A stretch of DNA of 48,666 bases from Thermoplasmata archaeon (GCA_030037955.1 JASHPT010000161.1:1-48666); one strand, 5' to 3'; positions 18,041 through 28,542 are shown, numbered from the stretch's first letter. Numbers and translations: made by a program. The notes: generated from the sequence alone by a model not told the origin.

Positions 18041-19378
18041 ATGCATCCGAGCGATCAAATCCGGGGCCGCCGGTCGCAGCTGCTCTCGGGCCGCCGCATC
18101 ATCGTGGGCGTCTCCGGCTCGATCGCGGCGATCGAGGTGCCGCGCATCGTGCGGGAGCTGATCCGCCACGGCGCCGAGGTCCGCGTCGTCATGTCGCCGG
18201 AGGCCGCCCGCCTCGTGACGCCCGAGAGCCTCCGGTTTGCGAGCGGGCACCCGCCGATCACGGAGCTCTCGGGCGACGTGGAGCACGTAACCTGGATCGG
18301 ATCGGGAGAGGAGCGGGCCGACCTGTTGCTGATCGCGCCGGCGACCGCCAACACGATCTCGAAGATCGCTGCCGGGATCGACGACACTCCCGTGACCTCG
18401 TTCGCGTCCGTCGCGCTGGGAGCGCACGTGCCGATCCTGCTCGCGCCGGCGATGCACGCCCACATGGGCGAAAATCCGGCAGTCCAGGCCAGCCTCCGGC
18501 AGCTCCGGGCCTGGGGCGTGGAGGTCGTCGAACCCCGTCGGGAGGAGAACGAGGAGAAGGTCGCCTCCCCGGAGGAGGTCGCGGCGGCGGTGCTCCACCG
18601 GCTGGGCCGCGGCCCGTGGGCCGGTCGTCGAGTGCTGGTCATTGGAGGAGCCTCCCATGAGCCGATCGACGATGTGCGCTCGGTGACCAACGAGAGCAGC
18701 GGTGAGACGGCCACGGCTCTCGCGACGCAGGCACACTTTCGAGGGGCTGAGGTGGCTCTGTGGATGGGGTCCGCCTCCGTGCCCCTCCCCTCGTTCCTCC
18801 CGATCCATCGATGGAGCTCGGTCGAGGACCTCCGGGCGCTCGTCCGGGAGAATGCCGCGACCCTCCGGACCGCGGAGGCGGTCTGGATCCCGGCCGCCCT
18901 CGCCGACTACACGGTCGCCGCCCAGCCCGAGAAGATCGACTCCCGGACGCATCCCAAGCTCACCCTCGCGCTCGGCCCGGCCCCCAAGATCCTCCCCGAG
19001 ATCCGCGCGAAGGTCCCGCCGCCGGGACTGGTCGTAGGATTCAAGCTCGTCAGCCGCCGGAGCCCGGAGGAGCTCAAGGAACAGGCCCAGCGGCTGCTGA
19101 CGGAGGCCGGCCTCGATGCCGTGGTCGGCAACGACCGGGCCGTCATGGGGTCGCCGACGGCCGAAGTGCTGCTGCTCCGTCGGGACGGCCGCAGCCACTG
19201 GATCCGCGGGCCCAAGTCGGACGTCGCCGGTCGGTTGCTCGATGAGCTCGGCCGGGACCTCGCGTTCCGGTCGAAGCTTGTCGCCGCTACGGGATCGTCA
19301 GGCCGAAAGCCCCGGTCACCCCACCGATCACGAACTGCACGGCGATCGCGGCGAGCAACAGGCCCATCACCCGGCTGA
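18041..19378 (+). CDS. coaBC: Bifunctional phosphopantothenoylcysteine decarboxylase/ligase
   Basis: GVSGSIAA, APATANTISK, PAMH, EPIDDVRSVTNESSG, AALADY, VGFK. Confidence 0.92.
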   Translation: MHPSDQIRGRRSQLLSGRRIIVGVSGSIAAIEVPRIVRELIRHGAEVRVVMSPEAARLVTPESLRFASGHPPITELSGDVEHVTWIGSGEERADLLLIAPATANTISKIAAGIDDTPVTSFASVALGAHVPILLAPAMHAHMGENPAVQASLRQLRAWGVEVVEPRREENEEKVASPEEVAAAVLHRLGRGPWAGRRVLVIGGASHEPIDDVRSVTNESSGETATALATQAHFRGAEVALWMGSASVPLPSFLPIHRWSSVEDLRALVRENAATLRTAEAVWIPAALADYTVAAQPEKIDSRTHPKLTLALGPAPKILPEIRAKVPPPGLVVGFKLVSRRSPEELKEQAQRLLTEAGLDAVVGNDRAVMGSPTAEVLLLRRDGRSHWIRGPKSDVAGRLLDELGRDLAFRSKLVAATGSSGRKPRSPHRSRTARRSRRATGPSPG

Positions 19379-19931
19379 TCGCGATCAGCCCGACCCGGCC
19401 GACCCGCTCGAGGATCTGCACCCCGAGTCGGAGCACGACGAAGCTGACGATCATCGTGAGAACGATGGCCACGTACAGCCCGATCGTCGATACGAGGTCG
19501 CCGGACGCGGTCTCGGCGTAGATGACCACGGAGGAGATCGCCCCGGGTCCGGCGAGCAGCGGCATCCCGAGCGGAACGATGCCGACCTCCTCCCGGCGGG
19601 CGAGCAGTTCGTCCCGGTCCATCGGGCTGAGCTTGGTCCGGGGCGTATCCCCGAAGAGCATGTCAAAAGCGATGGCGAAGAGGAGGAGGCCGCCGGCGAT
19701 CTCGAACGCGTAGACGGTGATCCGCAACAGCAGGAACAGGTAGCGGCCCAGCACAGCGAAGGCGAGCAGCAGGACGGTGGCGAAGATCGTGGACCGTCGG
19801 ATCACGTAGCGTCGGTCCTCGCTCGTGAACCCTTGCGTCAAGGCCACGAAGAAGGGGAGCATCCCGATCGGGTCGACGATGACAAAGAGCGTCGCGAAGA
19901 CGAGGAGCGCAAGAAAAAGGTCCGACGCCAA
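19287..19931 (-). CDS. marC: MarC-family membrane protein
   Basis: LFVIVDPIG, FEIAGGLLLF, VPLGMPLLAGPG, RVMGLLLAAIAVQF; TTG start inferred. Confidence 0.85.
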   Translation of the reverse strand: MASDLFLALLVFATLFVIVDPIGMLPFFVALTQGFTSEDRRYVIRRSTIFATVLLLAFAVLGRYLFLLLRITVYAFEIAGGLLLFAIAFDMLFGDTPRTKLSPMDRDELLARREEVGIVPLGMPLLAGPGAISSVVIYAETASGDLVSTIGLYVAIVLTMIVSFVVLRLGVQILERVGRVGLIAISRVMGLLLAAIAVQFVIGGVTGAFGLTIP

Positions 19932-19961
19932 CGGCGGCTCCCTCTCGCGGACCCCCGGTGG

Positions 19962-19970
19962 GATAAATAA
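19962..19970. promoter_or_regulatory. AT box GATAAATAA between divergent marC and sucC, candidate shared TATA
   Basis: Only AT-rich element, about 30-35 nt from both starts. Confidence 0.45.
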
Positions 19971-20003
19971 GGGGCCCGGCTCGGGCGCGCCCGAGGGACG
20001 GGA

Positions 20004-21155
20004 GTGGTCAAGCTCGCCGAGTGGCGCGGGAAGGAGGTCTTTCGCCGGTACGGAATCCCGATCCCCACGGGCCGAGTGATCCGGAGCGCCGCCGAAGCCG
20101 CCGAGGTCGTGCGTTCCGGGGCGGTGCCGCTCCCTGTCGTGGTCAAGGCTCAGGTTCTCGCGGGGGGCCGCGGGAAGGGCGGCGCGGTGCGGTTCGCCAC
20201 GACGGTCGAGGAGCTTCAGAGCGTGGTCTTGGCGATGCTCGGCATGGACTTCAAGGGGGAGACCGTCAAGGAACTGCTCCTCGAGCCGAAGGTTGCTGTC
20301 GGCCGGGAACTCTACCTCTCGATCGCCCTGGACCGCAGCGCGAGGGTCCCGCTGCTCATCGCCAGCGGAACGGGCGGCGTCGAGATCGAGTCGCTGTCCG
20401 ACGACCAGCTGGTGCGCGTTCCGGTGCACCCGTTTGTCGGCCTCGCCGCCTACGAGAAGCTGCGCGTTGCGGAGGCGTTCAGCCTCGCCCCGCCCGCCTC
20501 CAAAGAGCTCGGAGGGCTCCTGGATTCTCTGTGGCGCGCGTTCCAGGGCGAGGACGCCGAGCTCGTGGAGATCAATCCTCTCGCGGTCGTCGAGGGCCAC
20601 CTGGTCGCCCTCGATGCGAAGGTGATCATCGAGGACGACGCCGGCTTCCGGCACCCTCAGTATGCGGAGATCCGCGATGACCGGACGCCGCTCGAGGAGA
20701 TCGCTCGCGAAAAGGAGATCGCCTTCGTTCAGCTCGACGGGGATATCGGCGTCATCGCGAACGGCGCCGGGCTCACCATGGCGACGCTCGATGTGCTCGC
20801 GCAGTTCGGTGGGAGGCCCGGAGTGTTTCTGGACCTCGGAGGGACGGATGACCCGAACAAGGTCACTGAGGCATTCCTGCTGATGGCGAAGGCACGTCCA
20901 TCGGTGGTCTTCCTGAACATCTTCGGGGGCGTCACCCGGTGCGATACCGTGGCGAAGGGTCTCGTCGCGGCGATGACCCAGGTGCCGGACTCGGATCGGT
21001 TCCCGCTCGTCGCCCGGATCCGGGGGAACAACGAGGACCTGGGCCGACAAATCCTCGAGTCGGCCGGGATTACCGCACTCTCGGACCTCCAGGCTTCGGC
21101 CCAGGCCGTGGTCGAGGCCGAGAAGCTCCGCAAGGGGTCGGGAGGCTCCCCGTGA
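20004..21155 (+). CDS. sucC: Succinyl-CoA synthetase beta subunit
   Basis: KAQVLAGGRGKGG, ELYL, EINPL, LDAK, NGAGLTMAT, FLDLGG, NIFGG. Confidence 0.93.
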   Translation: MVKLAEWRGKEVFRRYGIPIPTGRVIRSAAEAAEVVRSGAVPLPVVVKAQVLAGGRGKGGAVRFATTVEELQSVVLAMLGMDFKGETVKELLLEPKVAVGRELYLSIALDRSARVPLLIASGTGGVEIESLSDDQLVRVPVHPFVGLAAYEKLRVAEAFSLAPPASKELGGLLDSLWRAFQGEDAELVEINPLAVVEGHLVALDAKVIIEDDAGFRHPQYAEIRDDRTPLEEIAREKEIAFVQLDGDIGVIANGAGLTMATLDVLAQFGGRPGVFLDLGGTDDPNKVTEAFLLMAKARPSVVFLNIFGGVTRCDTVAKGLVAAMTQVPDSDRFPLVARIRGNNEDLGRQILESAGITALSDLQASAQAVVEAEKLRKGSGGSP

Positions 21156-22036
21156 GCGTCCTCGTCGACTCCGACACCCGGGTGGTGGTCCAAGGCATTA
21201 CCGGCCACCAGGGGACGGTCCATACCGTCCAGATGAAACTCTTCGGTACCCAGGTCGTCGCCGGCGTGACGCCCGGCAAAGGAGGGGCGCAGGTCGAGGG
21301 CGTCCCCGTCTTCAATTCCGTAGCGGAGGCGGTCGCACGGACCGGCGCAAACGTCTCGGTGATTTTCGTCCCGGCGCCTTTCGCTCGCGACGCCTTCATC
21401 GAGGCGACGGACGCCGGGATCCACCTGGCCGTCATCGTCACCGAACACATTCCATTCCATGACATGCTCACGATGTACCAGTACGGGCGTCTCCGGGGGA
21501 CCCGCATCATCGGCCCCAACTGCCCCGGGATCGGTGCCCCCGGCAAGGCGAAGGTCGGTATCATCCCGAACGTGGTGTTCCGGCCCGGTCGCGTCGGGGT
21601 GATCTCCCGGAGCGGCACGCTCACCTACGAGATCGTGAACGGGATCAAGGAGGTGGGCCTCGGACAAAGCACCTGCATCGGACTCGGAGGCGACCCCGTC
21701 GTCGGGACCAGCTTTGTCGACGCGCTTCCGTGGTTCGAGCAGGACTCCGAGACCGACCTCGTCGTGCTGGTCGGCGAGATCGGTGGCACTGCGGAGGAGG
21801 AAGCCGCGGAGTACATCCACCAGCACCTCACGAAGCCGGTGGTCGCCTACATCGCCGGTCGGTCGGCGCCGGAAGGAAAGCGGATGGGCCACGCCGGGGC
21901 GATCATCGCCCGGGGCCGCGGCACGGCGGCCAGCAAACGGAGCGCCCTGCAGCAGGCCGGGGCGACGGTCGCAGACTTCCCCTACGACGTTCCCGCGCTC
22001 GTGGCCCAGCGCCTGCGGGAGGCCGGCCGCCGGTGA
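21152..22036 (+). CDS. sucD: Succinyl-CoA synthetase alpha subunit
   Basis: [36 protein letters not shown] phospho-His; GTGA overlap with sucC. Confidence 0.94.
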   Translation: MSVLVDSDTRVVVQGITGHQGTVHTVQMKLFGTQVVAGVTPGKGGAQVEGVPVFNSVAEAVARTGANVSVIFVPAPFARDAFIEATDAGIHLAVIVTEHIPFHDMLTMYQYGRLRGTRIIGPNCPGIGAPGKAKVGIIPNVVFRPGRVGVISRSGTLTYEIVNGIKEVGLGQSTCIGLGGDPVVGTSFVDALPWFEQDSETDLVVLVGEIGGTAEEEAAEYIHQHLTKPVVAYIAGRSAPEGKRMGHAGAIIARGRGTAASKRSALQQAGATVADFPYDVPALVAQRLREAGRR

Positions 22037-22236
22037 CGCCGTCCGGCGAAGATGTCCCGTGCACCATTCCGGGCTGTGGGGAGCTGGCGGTGCGGTCCCT
22101 GGCCCGGTCGGAGGTTCGGAAGGCCTTCCCAGAGCTCTCGGAGGAGGGCCGTCGGGCGCCGCTCTGCAAACTCCACTACAAGCAGTGGAAGAAGGCCACC
22201 CGGGAGTCCCGGGAGCTTGAGCGACTCGCGTGGTGA
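22033..22236 (+). CDS. Small archaeal Cys/His protein (putative Zn finger), 67 aa
   Basis: [43 protein letters not shown]; GTGA coupling to sucD stop. Confidence 0.75.
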   Translation: MTPSGEDVPCTIPGCGELAVRSLARSEVRKAFPELSEEGRRAPLCKLHYKQWKKATRESRELERLAW

Positions 22237-22268
22237 TCCCGGGCGGAGCCTGGGGGCCCCCTCGGCCC

Positions 22269-22376
22269 CTACTGCTTACGCATCTTCTGGGCGCGCTTGC
22301 GCCGGCGCATCCGCTTCTTGCGCCACTTCCAGCGCATGTGGCCACGCTTTTTCCAGACCCGGGAACTCCGTTTCAT
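22269..22376 (-). CDS. rpl41e: Ribosomal protein eL41 (eS32)-like, 35 aa
   Basis: Manual: MKRSSRVWKKRGHMRWKWRKKRMRRRKRAQKMRKQ; MRWKWRKKRMRR core; TTATAAA box about 40 nt upstream. Confidence 0.85.
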   Translation of the reverse strand: MKRSSRVWKKRGHMRWKWRKKRMRRRKRAQKMRKQ

Positions 22377-22515
22377 CCAGTTCGCGCTCGAGGACGAGGC
22401 GGGGTATTCCCTTCCGTTTATAACCGCTCCGAGGTGGAAACCTCGGGCGGCGAGGTGGGACGCGGGCGTCGGCCCGCGACCCCCGGATTAAGTACGCTCC
22501 TCCGGTGACCGACCC

Positions 22516-22953
22516 ATGGTCGACGACGAGACCCTGTCGATGAACGTCCTCCAGTTCGCCGGCAAGAGCTTCGACTACGACACGACGGTGGTCGTGGGGG
22601 ACCTCGAGTACGCCATCTTCGCCCGGACGGAGACCGAGACGGAGGCCAAGCTGAGGCCGGAGCTCGTGCGGATGCGGGTCGTGGTCCCCCGGGAGTGGGT
22701 GCACTACGAGGAGGCCTCCGACACCCTGACCCTCGGGGCGCCGGGCGGGACCGCCGGTCCGGCTCGGCGGCGGGCCGCGGGGGCCACGATGCTCGAGCCC
22801 GAGGAGTTCCGGGACCAGGGCATCGACTGGCACCGGCTCTCGCTCGCCGACGGTCACCGGCTCTACCTGCCCAAGGGAGAGGAGGGGCGTCTCCTGGGGC
22901 ACGAGGGTCGTCGGGTGCTCGGGGTTCCGTCCGCGGCGGAACGCGGGACCTAG
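22516..22953 (+). CDS. Hypothetical protein (145 aa)
   Basis: Coding-like codon usage, TTAAGTA box about 25 nt upstream, fills gap before top6A. Confidence 0.6.
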   Translation: MVDDETLSMNVLQFAGKSFDYDTTVVVGDLEYAIFARTETETEAKLRPELVRMRVVVPREWVHYEEASDTLTLGAPGGTAGPARRRAAGATMLEPEEFRDQGIDWHRLSLADGHRLYLPKGEEGRLLGHEGRRVLGVPSAAERGT

Positions 22954-24083
22954 ATGACGCTCATCTCCCCGAGCTTCTCGGGAAGATAGGTCTCCGTCAC
23001 GTAGTTGAGCCCGTACTTCGCGAGCGACTGCTGCTCCGCCTTCTTGCCGTTCTTGAGCATCAGGTCGATCTCGCTCCGCCAATCGGCGGTGCCGAATCGG
23101 GGGTCGGTCTGCAGTGCGTGGAGGGCCCGGGTGTCCTGGTCGGTGAGCGTGTCGGAGGGCAGTTCGTAGTTCTCGATGTCCGAGGCGGTGACGCCGAGGA
23201 ACTCGGCGCCGGGGGTGGCCAGATAGTGCGAGATGTGCGCCGTCTTGATGGCCCCGTAGGCGACCGAGGCAAAGATCCGGAACGACCACGGATCGCCGTC
23301 GGTGAAGACGACGACCGGCAGCTTGAGCTCCTCGTTGAGCCGCTTGAGGAAGCGTCGCGTCGACCGGGCCGGCTGGCCCTTGAGGTGGACGAGCAGGGCG
23401 TCCTGCGCCTCGTCGAAGCCGTTCTCCGCGAGACGGTCGACCATGCCCCCGCACTCGATGGCGAGGACGAACTTCGCGTTCGTGGAGCGGAACTTGACCT
23501 TCTCCTTCTCGACGTTGAACGGCAGCGCGTAGCCGCCGTCACCGACGTCGTCCCGGCAGTTGATCTTCTTCACGATCCCCTTCCGATTGGTCTCCTCGAT
23601 CGTGAGGTCGCCGATGACCGAGGCACCGTTCTCCTCGGGGTGGAGGCGGAAGTCCTCCCGCAGGCGGGTGCAGAGCACCTCCAGGTCCTCGATGAGCAGG
23701 TTCGACTCATCCTCGCTGTGGAACTTTGCGTCCTTCCACTGCTCGGAGATGTAGTAGAGCTCCCGGAGCGTGGAGGTCTTCTGGTCCCGGGCCATTTCGT
23801 GGATGAAATCGACCAGGTAGAACGTGCGGAGCAGCATCAGTGCCCCGTCGAGCTTGCGAGCCGAGCGCGTCCCCGTGCCCCGGCCGAGGCGCCAGACCCC
23901 GTCCTTGAGCTGGAACTGGATGTTCTGCTTCGTCCGGAGCGGGAGTCGCATCCGCGGCACTTCGCCCTTCGTGAGCTGGGCATAGATCTGCCCCGCTAGG
24001 TCGAAGGTCGGCGCGAGCGCGTCGAGGCGCACCTCGGGCTCGTCAGTCGTCTTCTTCGAGCTCGGCGGTCTTTTCGGCGCCAT
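22950..24083 (-). CDS. top6A: DNA topoisomerase VI subunit A
   Basis: STLRELYY catalytic Tyr, [31 protein letters not shown]. Confidence 0.95.
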   Translation of the reverse strand: MAPKRPPSSKKTTDEPEVRLDALAPTFDLAGQIYAQLTKGEVPRMRLPLRTKQNIQFQLKDGVWRLGRGTGTRSARKLDGALMLLRTFYLVDFIHEMARDQKTSTLRELYYISEQWKDAKFHSEDESNLLIEDLEVLCTRLREDFRLHPEENGASVIGDLTIEETNRKGIVKKINCRDDVGDGGYALPFNVEKEKVKFRSTNAKFVLAIECGGMVDRLAENGFDEAQDALLVHLKGQPARSTRRFLKRLNEELKLPVVVFTDGDPWSFRIFASVAYGAIKTAHISHYLATPGAEFLGVTASDIENYELPSDTLTDQDTRALHALQTDPRFGTADWRSEIDLMLKNGKKAEQQSLAKYGLNYVTETYLPEKLGEMSVI

Positions 24084-26070
24084 CGTAGTCCACCTCCTCC
24101 TCTTCGGCGGACGGCCCGCCGGCCACCGAGGCGACCTCCGCCGCCTCCGCGGCCTCGATCACCTGGCGGGGCAGCCGAACGTCCCAGTCTCCGGGCAGCG
24201 CATCGGCCCCGAGCAGCCGGGACTCGTCCACTCCCGCGATGTACCAATCGAAGTCCGCCGCGTCGCACTCGGTCTTCGGCGGCCAGTGCAGCTCGAGCTG
24301 CGTCTGCCCGTTCGGAGCGAGCTTGGGCAGGGTCCACCAGGCCCGGCCCAGCGACGGGTCCGAGCCGTCGAGGGCCGGTGTCGCGACGAGCGTACCGACC
24401 AGCTCCGGCGGCATCTCGACGAACAGCTCGAGGACCCGGGCCCGGGGCGTGTAGTTCGTGACGGTGATCGTGAGACCCGCTCCGTTCTCGGGCGTCTGCG
24501 TCTCGAGCGTGACAACGTTCATGATCTCGGTGATGACCGGCGCGAGGTCGGGGACCGGCTTCCCCACGAGATGGCTCGCCTTCTCGGCGATCTGGGGAAG
24601 GATCCGACGGATGATCGTGAACTTCTCCGAGGCGTACTGCCGTCGGACCTGGCGCGAAATATGGGCCTTGAGATGTCGGGCCGTCGCCTGGAGCGCCAGC
24701 TGGAGCTCCTTGAGCACCTCCGGGTCCTCGGCGACCGCCTCCTTGGACTCGCTCGTGAACGGGATGCGTGTGGAGGCAACGTGGACCAGCACGATGCAGG
24801 GTCCGGTCGGGAGTCCTTGCCCGCCGCGCTGTTCGAGCCCGTAGCGACGCCAGTCGACCGACTCCACGGCGGCGGTGATGGCACAGGCTCCCTGCTGGAA
24901 GAGCAGGGGTACACGGTTCGCGAATCGGAGCAACTGGATCGGCTGGTCGGGTGGAAGCGATCCTCCGTAGACCAGTCCCACTTCCACGAGGAACGGCGAC
25001 CCTCCGCGGATCTTGGGCGGGCGGCTCACCGGCGGTGCGTAGAAGTCGGGCCGCAGCTCCCCGAGGACGTTCCGCAAGCCCCGCTTGATCAGGATCGACC
25101 CGATCGGAGACAGCGAGTCGGCCGACGGGGGGAGGAGCGAGACCGAGCGCAGGGCGGACAGCAGCCGTTCGAGGCCCGGCCCCTGGACGGAGGAAGGCTC
25201 CTCCTTTCCGGACAAGGCCGCCTGCGCGAGGATCTCCTTGAGGGCACGCGGGGTGACGCCGGCCAGCCGTTTCGGCAGGGCCTCGGCGAGCGACCTTTCC
25301 TTGGACTGCTTCAGGACGGCTGCCAGCTCACCCAGCTCGAGCCCGTACGGATGCGGGAGCACTTCCTTCGAGACCGCCGGAACCTCCGTGGAGGCCCGTT
25401 CGAAGGTGATGCGGGTGCCGTCCGGCTCGACCAGCACCAGCCGGGCATGCGGGTTGACGATGGCCGTGCCCCGCAGGTACTCGAGCGGCGACTGCCGCCC
25501 GCGTACATACTTGGCCTTGAGGACCAGCTCGACTCGCGTCCCGTGCGGACGGTCCCAGAGGTCGAGCTTCTCGCTCACGACCTTCGGCAGATTCCGTTGG
25601 CTATCGACCAGAATCTCGAGCAGATGCGCAGCCTCCTCCTCTTCCACCTTCGAGGTGACCCGGGCCGGCCGTGCGGTCGTAAGACCGGCGTAGAGGACCG
25701 CCGCGGAGATGCCGATCCCCTGCTGCCCCCGGGACTGTCGGTGGGCGTGGAACCGGGACCCGTAGAGCAGCCGGCCGAAGACGTTCGGCAGCTCCCGCCG
25801 AAGGATCCCGGGCCCGTTGTCGGAGACCGCGACCCGATAGCGGTCCGGCCCCGAGTCGTCCTTCGAGATCTCGACCGTTACGTCCGGCAGCACGCCGGCC
25901 TCCTCGGCCGCGTCGAGCGCGTTGTCCACCGCCTCTTTGACCGTCGTGAGCAGGGCCCGCTGGGGGTTGTCGAACCCGAGGATCTGGCGGTTCCGCTCGA
26001 AGAACTCCGCGACGGAGATCTCCCGTTGCTTCGCCGCCAGTTGCTCCGCCAGCGTCGCGGACCGAGGCAT
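24043..26070 (-). CDS. top6B: DNA topoisomerase VI subunit B
   Basis: [46 protein letters not shown]. Confidence 0.95.
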   Translation of the reverse strand: MPRSATLAEQLAAKQREISVAEFFERNRQILGFDNPQRALLTTVKEAVDNALDAAEEAGVLPDVTVEISKDDSGPDRYRVAVSDNGPGILRRELPNVFGRLLYGSRFHAHRQSRGQQGIGISAAVLYAGLTTARPARVTSKVEEEEAAHLLEILVDSQRNLPKVVSEKLDLWDRPHGTRVELVLKAKYVRGRQSPLEYLRGTAIVNPHARLVLVEPDGTRITFERASTEVPAVSKEVLPHPYGLELGELAAVLKQSKERSLAEALPKRLAGVTPRALKEILAQAALSGKEEPSSVQGPGLERLLSALRSVSLLPPSADSLSPIGSILIKRGLRNVLGELRPDFYAPPVSRPPKIRGGSPFLVEVGLVYGGSLPPDQPIQLLRFANRVPLLFQQGACAITAAVESVDWRRYGLEQRGGQGLPTGPCIVLVHVASTRIPFTSESKEAVAEDPEVLKELQLALQATARHLKAHISRQVRRQYASEKFTIIRRILPQIAEKASHLVGKPVPDLAPVITEIMNVVTLETQTPENGAGLTITVTNYTPRARVLELFVEMPPELVGTLVATPALDGSDPSLGRAWWTLPKLAPNGQTQLELHWPPKTECDAADFDWYIAGVDESRLLGADALPGDWDVRLPRQVIEAAEAAEVASVAGGPSAEEEEVDYDGAEKTAELEEDD

Positions 26071-26117
26071 TGGCCGGCGTCGGTACCTGCCGGGCTATAA
26101 CGGATAGGTTTGAGTTG

Positions 26118-26948
26118 TCACACCGGTGGAAGCTGGGTCGCCGGTCCGGGCGATGCGGCTTTCGCCACATCCCGAAGCACGGGTCGGAACGGACGCCATC
26201 GGGGCACGTCGTCGAGGTCGATCTCGACCCGGTCGAGACGCTCCTCGGGGGTTCCCTCCGGCACCGGGAACGACTCCCCGCTCAGCAGCTCGCCGCGGGA
26301 GTCCCATGCCCCGGAACCGCCCCCGAAGACGATCCCATCCTCGACGCCGACCCGGTTGACGTAGACCACCGGGCATGCGTTCTCCACGGCTCGTGCCGGA
26401 AGGACCTTGTCGAACAGGCCCTTCGAGGTCACCGGCGCCGCCGAGAGGACGACGAGGAGGACGGCGGCCTGCAGAGCCAGCTCGCGGGACACCTCAGGGA
26501 AATAGGCGTCGTAGCAGATCTGCACGCCCAGCCGATGGGTGCCCAGGAGCATCGGAGCGCTACTCGCCGCGGGAGTGTAGATGGAGGCCTCTTCGAACGG
26601 GCCGAAGTTCGGTAGGTATCGCTTGACCTGCACCTGCACGGAGCCGTCGGGTGCCGCGAGAAGCCCCGCGTTGTGCACCTCGCCGGGCCGCTCGGTCGAC
26701 CTCCAGGGGAGGCCAACGACGACGCCCGCCTTCCGGTCCGAGGCGAGGTGCTGGAGCCGGCGGACGTCCGGGTCTTCTCGGAAGAACGCCTCCCGATGCA
26801 CCCGGTCCCCGGGGGCGTAGCCGAGCAGGTAGAGCTCCGGCAGCACGTAGAGGTCGGCCTCGACCGCGCCGACGACCCTCTCGAGGCGTCGTAGATTCGC
26901 CTCCCGGTCGCCCCGGCGGGGGGCGAGCTGGGCCAGAAGCACCCGCAT
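26118..26948 (-). CDS. Carbon-nitrogen hydrolase (nitrilase superfamily)
   Basis: Glu-Lys-Cys triad LPE, KRYLP, ICYD; NRVG; ATG 26948 in TGATG overlap. Confidence 0.9.
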   Translation of the reverse strand: MRVLLAQLAPRRGDREANLRRLERVVGAVEADLYVLPELYLLGYAPGDRVHREAFFREDPDVRRLQHLASDRKAGVVVGLPWRSTERPGEVHNAGLLAAPDGSVQVQVKRYLPNFGPFEEASIYTPAASSAPMLLGTHRLGVQICYDAYFPEVSRELALQAAVLLVVLSAAPVTSKGLFDKVLPARAVENACPVVYVNRVGVEDGIVFGGGSGAWDSRGELLSGESFPVPEGTPEERLDRVEIDLDDVPRWRPFRPVLRDVAKAASPGPATQLPPV

Positions 26949-27412
26949 CAGTAGAAGTGATGCCGGACCGCGATGAGGTAGATGAAGACCACGAGGACGA
27001 TCACGAAGAGATACGTGATCGAATCGGTGAAGAAGAGGTAGGCAAGCCCGAGGAACAGGAAGCCCACCGTCAGGTAGAACGCCCAGAGCTCCTGGTGCCA
27101 GAGCGCCGAGGAGAGGATGGCGATGACCGCGCCCAGGATGACCAGGACCGTCGCCCCGAGCGGGTTTCCGACATGCAGGATGACCAGCGAGGACGGCAGG
27201 ACGACGCTGCCGTAGTACGTGAGGACGAACAGGATGCCCGAGACGATGAGGAGCACGCCCACCGCGGCCGTGACGATCGCGAGGAGCGCGACCCCGACCG
27301 GCAGGCTCGGAGGCGGCAGCTGCCGCTCCCACACGGGCGGCAGGTGCTGGACGGTCGGCGGACCGTCGTCCTCATCCCCGGCCGATGCGGGCTGCGCGAG
27401 CTGACGGGCCAT
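26948..27412 (-). CDS. Small membrane protein (3-4 TM)
   Basis: Hydrophobic helices; coupled to nitrilase start. Confidence 0.75.
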   Translation of the reverse strand: MARQLAQPASAGDEDDGPPTVQHLPPVWERQLPPPSLPVGVALLAIVTAAVGVLLIVSGILFVLTYYGSVVLPSSLVILHVGNPLGATVLVILGAVIAILSSALWHQELWAFYLTVGFLFLGLAYLFFTDSITYLFVIVLVVFIYLIAVRHHFY

Positions 27413-27486
27413 CGAGTCCCCCGACCCCGGGATCGTCGGGCCAAGGGCGGACGACCTGTCAAGTAGGTTTCGCTCGAATGGCGCGG

Positions 27487-28542
27487 TCAGTATCGTCGGG
27501 TGGCGGCGGCGTTCGCGAGGCGCTCCAGGAGCGAGCGGTACGGCCCGGGCGGCAAGGGGTCGAGCGCGTGGATCGCCGCCGCGGCCCAGTGACGTCCCTC
27601 GGCCTCTACGAGGCGGGGCGCCGGCGTCAGGTCGGTGAGCGTTCGGAGGCGCGCGAGCTCGCGCGGCCGCTTCTCCCGGCGGGCGAACAGGCGCTCGTAC
27701 TCGGCCTTCGTCCGGCCCTCGAGATGCTGGTAGGCCTCGAGCGACAGGAGGGTCGGATTCCCCTCGCGGAAGTCCGCGTAGAGCGGCTTGCCGAGGAGGT
27801 CCGGTTCCCCGTAGGCGTCGAGGAGGTCGTCGCGGAGCTGGAACGCGATGCCGACGGCCCGGCCGTAGGCGGCGAGGGCTTCGACCACGGAGGCCGTGGA
27901 CCCCGCGACATCGCCGACGCTCGCGAGCGCGGCGGAGACGATGGTCGCCGTCTTGCGGGTCACGATCCTGAGATACTGGTCCCGGCTGACGGTGAGGTCG
28001 AACCGGCCGGCCTCTTGCAGCATCTCACCCTCGGCCAGGTTCGCGCAGGCCTCGCCGCAGCGGAGGATGATGGCCTGGGGGTACTCGCCGGCCAGCTCGA
28101 AGGCGCGAACATACAGGTAGTCCCCGGCGACGATCGCGGTCGGAAGGCCGAAGGCGCGCAGGACGGAGGGCCGTCCACGACGCTGGTCGGCGTGGTCGAT
28201 GACATCATCATGGATGAGCGAGGCCGTGTGGATGAGCTGGAAGGCGGCCGCCAGCGCGTGGATCGGTTTGGCCGTCGAGGCGCCGAGCGCCCGGTGCGCC
28301 GCGGCCATGAGCAGGGGCCGCAGTCGCTTCCCGCCGGTCGTGCACGCGTAGAGAACGGCCTCGGTGAGCGGAGGAAAGTCGGAGGGGAGGGCGCTCTTCA
28401 GCCGGTCCTCGATCCCGCTCAGGTCCTCGGCGAGCTCCGGCAGGAGTCCCCCGAGCTCGAAGAACGCCTCCGGGCCGAAGGCGCGGCTGACCAGGACCTC
28501 GAGGGGGACCTCGGACGTCGTGACGTCCGCGGGGCTCGTCAC
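27487..28542 (-). CDS. Polyprenyl diphosphate synthase, probably long-chain
   Basis: GKRLRP, HTASLIHDDVID (FARM), RRG, AGD, KT, FQLRDDLLD (SARM). Confidence 0.92.
   Translation of the reverse strand: MTSPADVTTSEVPLEVLVSRAFGPEAFFELGGLLPELAEDLSGIEDRLKSALPSDFPPLTEAVLYACTTGGKRLRPLLMAAAHRALGASTAKPIHALAAAFQLIHTASLIHDDVIDHADQRRGRPSVLRAFGLPTAIVAGDYLYVRAFELAGEYPQAIILRCGEACANLAEGEMLQEAGRFDLTVSRDQYLRIVTRKTATIVSAALASVGDVAGSTASVVEALAAYGRAVGIAFQLRDDLLDAYGEPDLLGKPLYADFREGNPTLLSLEAYQHLEGRTKAEYERLFARREKRPRELARLRTLTDLTPAPRLVEAEGRHWAAAAIHALDPLPPGPYRSLLERLANAAATRRY

Noticed and set aside
18441-18570. CoaBC lacking the bacterial PxMN Asn and clamp Cys as a sign of pseudogenisation
   Set aside because: Archaeal Dfp/CoaBC proteins are known to deviate at these positions; ORF is intact
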